In this document: piece after piece, positions 1-6,565 of the stretch
Position numbering within the stretch: position 1 is the first letter of the stretch
Layout: the number at the start of each line of letters is the position of its first letter
NCBI GenBank assembly: GCA_964534555.1
Contig: CAZHRK010000001.1
Span: 592,904 to 656,903 of the forward strand
Source: an uncultured Pseudomonadota bacterium
Lineage (GTDB): Bacteria; Babelota; Babeliae; Babelales; RVW-14
Reading direction: 5' to 3'
DNA: 64,000 nt
Notes under the pieces: model-generated
The model's input: only the letters and a program-made list of their open reading frames with translations
Databases searched by the model: none
Told to the model about the DNA's origin: nothing
Translations under genes and position numbers: made by a program

Positions 1-1
1 C

Positions 2-1762
2 AAGCGGGTTCAATCACAGGTTGAAAAACACCAAAAAGATTATTATCTAACAGAACAGCTTCGTGCTATTCAGCGTGAGCTTGGTCGTGAGGATTATCAG
101 CAAGAGATTAATGATATCCGCAAAAAGGCTAAGAAGCTGAAGTTATCTGCTGAGGCAATGGAAAAGGTTGAAGCCGAGCTTAAGCGTCTTGAACAGATGC
201 AGCCGACATCACCAGAAGCATCAGTAAGCAGAAACTATGTAGACTGGATTTTGTCGATTCCTTGGGCAAATTCAAGTAAAGACTCAGTCAGCATGGAAGA
301 CGCTGAAAAGATTCTGAGCAAATCTCATGCTGGTATGAAAAAAGCAAAAGAGCGTGTTATTGAGTTTATTGCAACCAAAAAATTTGCTGGCGAGCAACTC
401 AAGCGCTCACCAATTATCTGTTTGGCTGGACCTCCAGGTGTAGGTAAAACATCACTTGCACAATCTATCGCTGACGCACTTGAGCGTCCTCTGGTGCGTA
501 TATCTCTTGGAGGTGTGCGTGATGAAGCTGAAATTCGTGGGCACCGCCGTACATATATTGGTGCGATGCCTGGTAAAATTATTCAGGCTCTCAAGAAATC
601 AAAAGTTACAAACCCAGTGATGCTTCTTGATGAGATTGATAAAATGGCTATGGATTTCAGGGGTGATCCAGCATCAGCGCTTCTTGAAGTCCTTGATCCT
701 GAACAAAACAAAAATTTCAGTGATCACTTTTTAGAAATTGATTATGATCTTTCAAAGATTATGTTTGTTACTACTGCAAACGTGATTGATAATGTTCCTT
801 ATCCGCTTCTTGATAGAATGGAGATAATCTCTCTTTCTGGGTATAACGACCAAGAAAAACTTGAGATTGCTAAATCATTCTTAATTCCAAAATTATTCAA
901 AGAGCATCATCTGAAGCCAGCACAGTTTGTCATACCAGATGCCTTGCTTGCAGAACTGATTGAGGAATATACAAAAGAAGCTGGTGTGCGTCAGCTTGAG
1001 CGACTTATCTCAAAGCTTATGCGTAAGGCTATTCTGCATATCCTTAAGAATAAGAAAAATACCAAAGTTACTCTTACAAAAGATCTAGCAGAGCAATGGC
1101 TTGGTGCTGCGTTCTTCAGAAAAGATGAGCGTGATCCTAAGAATGTTGTTGGTGTTACGACAGGTCTTGCGTGGACAGAGGTTGGTGGCGACGTAATGGA
1201 TGTTGAAGTTACCATCATGAAAGGTAAGGGCGCGCTCACGCTTACTGGCCAGCTTGGCGAGGTGATGCAAGAGTCTGTGCAGGCAGCGCTTTCATACGTT
1301 CGCTCACGAGCAAAAGACTTTGGCTTAAAAGAAACTTTCTATTCAGATGTAGATATTCACGTACACGTTCCAGAGGGTGGTATTCCTAAAGATGGTCCAT
1401 CAGCAGGTATCACGATGTGCGTTGCATTAACATCAGCACTTACAGGTGTTCCTGTTAAGCGTGATGTCGCAATGACCGGTGAAGTTACCCTTAGAGGAAG
1501 AGTACTTCAAATTGGTGGATTGAAAGAGAAGCTTCTTGCCGCAGCTCGCCTTGGTATTAAAAAGGCGATTGTTCCGAAGGCAAATGCTAAAGATGTTAAA
1601 GAGTTTGAACATGAGCTGGATAAATCACTTGAGGTGGTTTATGTCGACTCAATGGATCAGGTTCTTCATCATGCACTTGTTGGTGATCCAAAAAATGCGG
1701 CAAAACAGTCAAAATCTGATTCAAAATCTAAGACAAAAAAAGCTGCAAAAAAGCGTAAGTAA
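2..1762 (+). CDS. lon: ATP-dependent Lon protease, C-terminal ~586 aa (5' end lies upstream of the window)
   Basis: Frame is open from base 2 (KRVQSQVEKHQKDYYLTEQLRAIQRELG precedes the track Met). Walker A GPPGVGKTS, Walker B MLLDEIDK, protease Ser motif PKDGPSAGITM. Lys-rich C-terminal tail. Confidence 0.95.
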   Translation, partial: KRVQSQVEKHQKDYYLTEQLRAIQRELGREDYQQEINDIRKKAKKLKLSAEAMEKVEAELKRLEQMQPTSPEASVSRNYVDWILSIPWANSSKDSVSMEDAEKILSKSHAGMKKAKERVIEFIATKKFAGEQLKRSPIICLAGPPGVGKTSLAQSIADALERPLVRISLGGVRDEAEIRGHRRTYIGAMPGKIIQALKKSKVTNPVMLLDEIDKMAMDFRGDPASALLEVLDPEQNKNFSDHFLEIDYDLSKIMFVTTANVIDNVPYPLLDRMEIISLSGYNDQEKLEIAKSFLIPKLFKEHHLKPAQFVIPDALLAELIEEYTKEAGVRQLERLISKLMRKAILHILKNKKNTKVTLTKDLAEQWLGAAFFRKDERDPKNVVGVTTGLAWTEVGGDVMDVEVTIMKGKGALTLTGQLGEVMQESVQAALSYVRSRAKDFGLKETFYSDVDIHVHVPEGGIPKDGPSAGITMCVALTSALTGVPVKRDVAMTGEVTLRGRVLQIGGLKEKLLAAARLGIKKAIVPKANAKDVKEFEHELDKSLEVVYVDSMDQVLHHALVGDPKNAAKQSKSDSKSKTKKAAKKRK

Positions 1763-1768
1763 CAAAAA

Positions 1769-1795
1769 GGGGCGAGATAACATCTCGCCCCTTTT
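1769..1795. terminator. Hairpin terminator between convergent lon and waaA
   Basis: ggggcgagat-aac-atctcgcccc followed by tttt on the + strand. An A-run upstream could serve the - strand. Confidence 0.65.
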
Positions 1796-1819
1796 ACTTT
1801 AGCGCAATCTTGACGTGCA

Positions 1820-3124
1820 TCAGACCTGCTGAATAAGACGTGCTATTGTTTCTTCCAGAATGTGATTTTTCGTTTGTAACCAGGTGTTTTGCGCTTCCTG
1901 TGATGCAGTTATCTTGGCGCTGTTTGTAAGAAGCTCTTTTGCTATCGAGCACAATTCTACTTCATTATGAGCGACAAAAACGCCTACCCCTTGAAGGTCA
2001 TCAACTGTTTGAGCAACATTCTGATGGTATGGGCCAACGATTGTTGGTACTTCCCATACTAATGGTTCCATAAGATTGTGCCCACCAACAGGTACAAAAG
2101 TTCCACCCAAGATAAAAACCTTGGCATACTGATACATATCAAACATTAAGCCTATTCGCGCTACGATGATAATATCGTTAGTTTCAAAATCTTGATTAAG
2201 CATTTTGCCAATATGGCTGATTTGATTGCTGGTATCCCATGTCGTGAATGAAAAGCCTTCTTGTAAAAAACGACGCTGTGCTTCTTTGAGCCAGGTGAAA
2301 TGCCGAGGCATAAACAGTAACTTAGCACAACCAAAAACATTTTTTACTGATGCAAATAGCTTTATGTGTGCGTCTAGCTCACCTTCATGAGCAGATCCAA
2401 CCAAAATAATCGGTATTGGGGTGGCGTATGGTGCGATACAAGATCTTTTCTTCTGAACGACATTCCACGTTTTAATATTCCCAAATGTACTTATAGCCCC
2501 TGAGTTGTTAAGAAATTGATTAAGCTCAACCGAATCACTCTCTGTTTGCGTATAGATGTGGTCAAAACAATCGAGTATTACTCTATAAAAAAAACGGCTA
2601 AGAGATGATTTTTTACGTGTATTTTTTGATGCTCGTGCATTAAGAAGTATAAGTTTTGCGCCCCAGATCTTGGCCATGATCACAAGATTTGGCCATAATT
2701 CAGACTCAAGAATGATAATTGTTTTTGGACGTATGCGTGAAAATGCCAAAACTACTGGTAGCAAAAAATCATACACTCCACGCTCAACTGTTTGGGCAAG
2801 ACCTAATGCAGATGCTTGTCTAAAACCTTCAAATGTTCCGACCGTCATATATGTTGCTGTTGTGGGGTTTTTGTCTTTGTACAATTTAAGGAAATATTCA
2901 ACAGCAAGAGATTCCCCAACTGATGCCCCATGGACCCAAAGACCATTTGGCTGCGTGGCTTTTTTTACAAATCCCCAACGTGCAGGAATGAAAAGAGTAC
3001 GTTTTCGTTTTGCTTCTTTGTAGAGGATAAAGGCAATTATCACAGGGAGCAGGATAATTTGTGCCATGTTATAAATGATGAAGAGAAGGGCGCATCGTAG
3101 TAACTGAAGCATAGGCTCTCTCAT
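1820..3124 (-). CDS. waaA: 3-deoxy-D-manno-octulosonic acid (Kdo) transferase
   Basis: 434 aa. N-terminal membrane anchor, then the LWVHGASVGE motif typical of KdtA/WaaA, and a GT-B-like C-terminal half. Start could be an internal Met (3112). Confidence 0.8.
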   Translation of the reverse strand: MREPMLQLLRCALLFIIYNMAQIILLPVIIAFILYKEAKRKRTLFIPARWGFVKKATQPNGLWVHGASVGESLAVEYFLKLYKDKNPTTATYMTVGTFEGFRQASALGLAQTVERGVYDFLLPVVLAFSRIRPKTIIILESELWPNLVIMAKIWGAKLILLNARASKNTRKKSSLSRFFYRVILDCFDHIYTQTESDSVELNQFLNNSGAISTFGNIKTWNVVQKKRSCIAPYATPIPIILVGSAHEGELDAHIKLFASVKNVFGCAKLLFMPRHFTWLKEAQRRFLQEGFSFTTWDTSNQISHIGKMLNQDFETNDIIIVARIGLMFDMYQYAKVFILGGTFVPVGGHNLMEPLVWEVPTIVGPYHQNVAQTVDDLQGVGVFVAHNEVELCSIAKELLTNSAKITASQEAQNTWLQTKNHILEETIARLIQQV

Positions 3125-3187
3125 GTAGAAAATGAAACAAGGTAGAGAGTAGCTTACGTTTTTTATGCGCCCTGTAAATACGTCTTT

Positions 3188-4276
3188 TTAACGAAGGAAC
3201 GTGAGCATCCCTAAAATAAAAAGCAGTACAATAATACTATAAAAGACTATGTTGTTTGCGATTTCAAGCTTCAAAATAGCATTGTGTCTTTTCTCTTCAT
3301 GGTCGCGCTCAATAGCCTGAAGCCTCATAATCACATAACTTTGAAAAATCAGTATGCTGATTGATAGAAAAACAAATGTATTAAAAAAGTAATCAACGTG
3401 GGTTACATATCCTGTTTCTGGCAGTGATGCATCTATCACCATTCTGAATAAAACAAGAATTGGCACTGCAGTTGCAACGTAGCCGAGTCTTGTTTTATCA
3501 AATATATCTATCAGCAAACAGAAGAGTGAAATTAAAAAGAGGACGAGCATAGGGAAATAGAGTGATAGTAAGTCTCTCACGCCGACGCTATCAAATACAA
3601 AAGAGAAGCATGCAGCAGGGTGCGTTATTTTTATTTTTTCTGCATTATTAAGTTCAGCTGCTATGTACCCTGTTTTGACAGCTGTCTCGCTAATTTTGAA
3701 GTTTTTTAGAAACAAGCTTTTTGATACGGTCAGATCTTGGTCGCTTGATACAAACTGAATTTCGTTATGCGTTATGCTCTCGTTTTTAAGAATCAAATTT
3801 ACTCGATGGGCTGAGAGTGGGAAGTTTATAAAATTGAGCTCAGGCCTCATCTCAACCATGATGTTATAGCATACGACAACGTTTTCACCGTGTTGTTGGA
3901 TAATCGGTGCGGATGTATAAATCAGTTTTCCATTTCTGAGCAAGACGCTGTTGTGAAATTGGAATTTTTCTAATGTTGCAAGTGATTCTGATCCCGCTGG
4001 AAATTTAAACCACATGATGCCATCAAAAGTTATTCTTCTTTCTGACAGTGAATATTCTGGAAATGATTTAACGTGAAGCCCTATGTGCACCTTATTTGCA
4101 AAGCGAGCTTCTTGTGGTGATAGCTGGTCGAACTCTGGAAGTGGTTCACGAGCGTCAAATGTATTATCTTGCTGATAAACAAGCCCTATGGTGAAGATCG
4201 ATATTGCAATAATACTCAAAATACGTGCATTAATGCTGCGGAGCCAACTTGCGATATGCTTTAAATTTTTTTTCAT
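3188..4276 (-). CDS. Pentameric ligand-gated ion channel (pLGIC, GLIC/ELIC-like) homologue
   Basis: 362 aa. N-terminal anchor and a ~200-aa extracellular domain (VHIGLHVKSF..RRITFDGIMWFKF; FP motif NFINFPLSAHRVNLIL at the Cys-loop position). M1 has the conserved Pro (LLSLYFPMLVLFLISLF). M2-M3 signature RLGYVATAVPILVLFRMVIDASLPETGYVTHVDYFF, then M3, a charged loop and M4. SD AAGGAG lies 6 nt upstream of the ATG. Confidence 0.65.
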   Translation of the reverse strand: MKKNLKHIASWLRSINARILSIIAISIFTIGLVYQQDNTFDAREPLPEFDQLSPQEARFANKVHIGLHVKSFPEYSLSERRITFDGIMWFKFPAGSESLATLEKFQFHNSVLLRNGKLIYTSAPIIQQHGENVVVCYNIMVEMRPELNFINFPLSAHRVNLILKNESITHNEIQFVSSDQDLTVSKSLFLKNFKISETAVKTGYIAAELNNAEKIKITHPAACFSFVFDSVGVRDLLSLYFPMLVLFLISLFCLLIDIFDKTRLGYVATAVPILVLFRMVIDASLPETGYVTHVDYFFNTFVFLSISILIFQSYVIMRLQAIERDHEEKRHNAILKLEIANNIVFYSIIVLLFILGMLTFLR

Positions 4277-4285
4277 GTTTGCTCC

Positions 4286-5404
4286 TTAAAACATCCAGGT
4301 TTGTTCACCAAAAAGATGCCGATTTTCAGGGTTAAAATGTAATGGGAATCCCAAATAGGATTGTTCTTTAATTCCCTCAAAATACTTAATAATTGTTTCG
4401 ATAGATGGTTTGTCTGATTGTTCTATTGCTTCTGCTAATAAGCGGCCACAGAGATAGTATGTTAGTGATAAAGGATTTGGTTTTTCCTCAGGGAAGAACT
4501 CAGCGATATCTTCACGATATTGTTTGACCAAGAGGCTTTTATCGTGTTCTGGGTCTGGGACAATAGCAGTGCATTTAAAATTAATTCCTTTTGATTTTAT
4601 GATGTGTGGCACCATAAATGTTGAATCGATTCCACAGAACATAATTCCATAAAGGCCATGCATTAAAAGCTCATTAATAAGGCGAACTGCAGGGGTGCTT
4701 GTTGATACACATACAATCATGCGCGGGTCAAGTTCTGATATTTTTTTGACAGCGCTTGTAAGGTCAAAATTGAATCTATTGTAATTCACTTTCCCAAGAA
4801 TTTTTGTTCCTTGAGCACTTAAAATTTCTTCAAGGCTGCCAGCTGCATTTGTTGAAAAATCATCATCTGCGTGAAAAATAACAATACGAGACATTTTATG
4901 TGTTGTGACGATGTATTTTTTTAATTCATCAAGCTGGGGAGCAAGGAGCCCCGGCCCGTTGATAATCCCTTTTACATCTTTATTCCGCGTATTACGGTCT
5001 CCACCCCAAGGAAAGTAGCAGCCAATTTTCCCACTTTTTATTTCAGGCAGGATGCCAAGAATCCCTCGAGTTCCCATTACTCCGATAAAGTGTTTGATCC
5101 CGAGCTGATTCATTTTTTGTATGTTTTTAACAGTTTTATCAGCATCTCCGCCGTCATCCATCGCTAGTAAGCGCAGCTGTTTCCCCTTTACTCCCCCCTG
5201 TTTGTTAACACGCTTGAAAGCGGTCTCAATCCCATTTTGGATAATTGAGCCATAAAGTTGAAAATGCCCTTTAAGTGAGAGTGATTGCCCAATCACGAAC
5301 TCTTTTTCTGGGTCATAAGTACGCTTTTTCGTTTGTCCAAAAGCAGCACTTCCAATAAGTAGGGCAGCAAAGATACTTCCTGCAAGAAGCCTAAAATAGT
5401 TCAT
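4286..5404 (-). CDS. Type-1 periplasmic solute-binding protein (LivJ/LivK, Peripla_BP_6-like), no transporter partner nearby
   Basis: Signal peptide MNYFRLLAGSIFAALLIGSAAFG. Branched-chain amino-acid-binding-protein-like pattern (VIGQSLSLKGHFQLYG...VNKQGGVKGKQLRLLAMDDGGDADKTV). ATG at 5404 with GGAG 6 nt upstream is preferred over the TTG at 5416. Confidence 0.75.
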   Translation of the reverse strand: MNYFRLLAGSIFAALLIGSAAFGQTKKRTYDPEKEFVIGQSLSLKGHFQLYGSIIQNGIETAFKRVNKQGGVKGKQLRLLAMDDGGDADKTVKNIQKMNQLGIKHFIGVMGTRGILGILPEIKSGKIGCYFPWGGDRNTRNKDVKGIINGPGLLAPQLDELKKYIVTTHKMSRIVIFHADDDFSTNAAGSLEEILSAQGTKILGKVNYNRFNFDLTSAVKKISELDPRMIVCVSTSTPAVRLINELLMHGLYGIMFCGIDSTFMVPHIIKSKGINFKCTAIVPDPEHDKSLLVKQYREDIAEFFPEEKPNPLSLTYYLCGRLLAEAIEQSDKPSIETIIKYFEGIKEQSYLGFPLHFNPENRHLFGEQTWMF

Positions 5405-5701
5405 AAGCAGCTCCAAAATTACGAATAAGTGATGACGCTAAGCAGCATTTTAAGGTACTTGTTGGGGTCTTGGGGGGTCAACACTTTCTCAGGGCATGGT
5501 TTTTTATAGCCTAAAAATCTGACCAAAAGAGTAAAAGTCATAATAAATGATGTTTTTCATTAAAAAGCGCCATTTATTACATAAAAATGATTCAATAGTT
5601 TTCTAATTGAAATTATTGAAAACAAGTCTTCACCTCGTGTAGAGTAGGTATAACAAGAGCTAGAGCGCGCAGCTCCGTATATAAACAAAAGGAGAATGCT
5701 G

Positions 5702-5866
5702 ATGAATATGAGAAGCTTTTTAGCATTGATTGCAGTTGCGGGTGTAATTAGTTCAACGACATCAATTAACGCAGCCACTTGTAGCTACGGTGATGATGAA
5801 ATTGACGCTAACAGCTCGTATGTTGCGAAATCAACATGCTCAACTGAAGATGAGGATGAAAACTAA
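5702..5866 (+). CDS. Small secreted peptide (54 aa), not in the ORF track
   Basis: MNMRSFLALIAVAGVISSTTSINAATCSYGDDEIDANSSYVAKSTCSTEDEDEN. GGAG at 5691-5694 is 7 nt before the ATG. Signal-peptide-like N-terminus, 2 Cys, acidic tail, followed by a terminator hairpin. Confidence 0.45.
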   Translation: MNMRSFLALIAVAGVISSTTSINAATCSYGDDEIDANSSYVAKSTCSTEDEDEN

Positions 5867-5893
5867 AAAGTAGTTCTACTAGCTTGAAAAAAA

Positions 5894-5927
5894 GGGCCAA
5901 ACTTATTAAAAGTCAGGCCCTTTTTTT
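5894..5927 (+). terminator. Intrinsic terminator after the 54-aa peptide gene
   Basis: gggcc...ggccc stem followed by a run of 7 T (5921-5927). Confidence 0.5.
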
Positions 5928-5988
5928 ATGAACCTTCATTTTGGCTGAAGTATTTTTGTAATATGAAAACTATAAAAGGGGGACTCTC

Positions 5989-6294
5989 ATGGTACGTACT
6001 ATTTTTTCTGTAGCACTTTTAGTTTTGGGTATGCAAGTTGCCCAGTTGTCTGCTGAATGTGTAAATAACACGACCGGCAATCACGTGCGCAAGACACGCA
6101 GCAAGACAGGGCGAAAGCTTGTGTGCCGCATACAGCCGATTACATCATATAAAAATAAAAAACTAGCCGCTCGTTTTTACAAAAAAGGTCAGACATGCAG
6201 ATTTTGCGGTTGCCCGAGCTCTTCTCACTCTGCGGCTAAATCGTCAAGTGTGATCACAAGTGTGAGCAAAGCTCCTAGCGCTCCAAAAAAATAA
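5989..6294 (+). CDS. Small secreted basic Cys-rich protein (101 aa), paralogue of 6341-6559
   Basis: SD aaggggga 5-6 nt upstream. Signal peptide ending QLSA|ECV. Five Cys including CRFCGCPSSSH. Ser-rich tail. Confidence 0.6.
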   Translation: MVRTIFSVALLVLGMQVAQLSAECVNNTTGNHVRKTRSKTGRKLVCRIQPITSYKNKKLAARFYKKGQTCRFCGCPSSSHSAAKSSSVITSVSKAPSAPKK

Positions 6295-6340
6295 CAGCAC
6301 TTCGTTGCTTGTTTCCATAAACGTAATCTAATAAAGGGGA

Positions 6341-6559
6341 ATGAAAATGAAACTGCTTGCTATTATAGCGCTTCTATCTGTTACATCGCTTGGTGCTCGT
6401 TGTGTTCGTGACGCTCATATCAAAGAAGTTGGTGGCACAAAAACGTATCAATGCCCAATTAAATACAATTTGAGCTCACCAGAAACCTCAAAAATTGATT
6501 TTGAGAATAACTACTGTAAAAAATGTGGGTGCCATGCGAGTGATCACGACGCTAAATAA
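6341..6559 (+). CDS. Small secreted Cys-rich protein (72 aa), paralogue of 5989-6294
   Basis: SD aagggga. ATG at 6347 has better spacing than the one at 6341. Signal peptide ending SLGA|RCV. Five Cys including CKKCGCHASDH. Confidence 0.6.
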   Translation: MKMKLLAIIALLSVTSLGARCVRDAHIKEVGGTKTYQCPIKYNLSSPETSKIDFENNYCKKCGCHASDHDAK

Positions 6560-6565
6560 TTAATT

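Noticed and set aside
5560-5778. A 72-aa ORF on the - strand, upstream of the PBP gene.
   Set aside because: It has no RBS and odd composition. It overlaps the + strand 54-aa ORF, which has a GGAG RBS, a signal peptide and a terminator. I kept the + strand peptide instead, at modest confidence.
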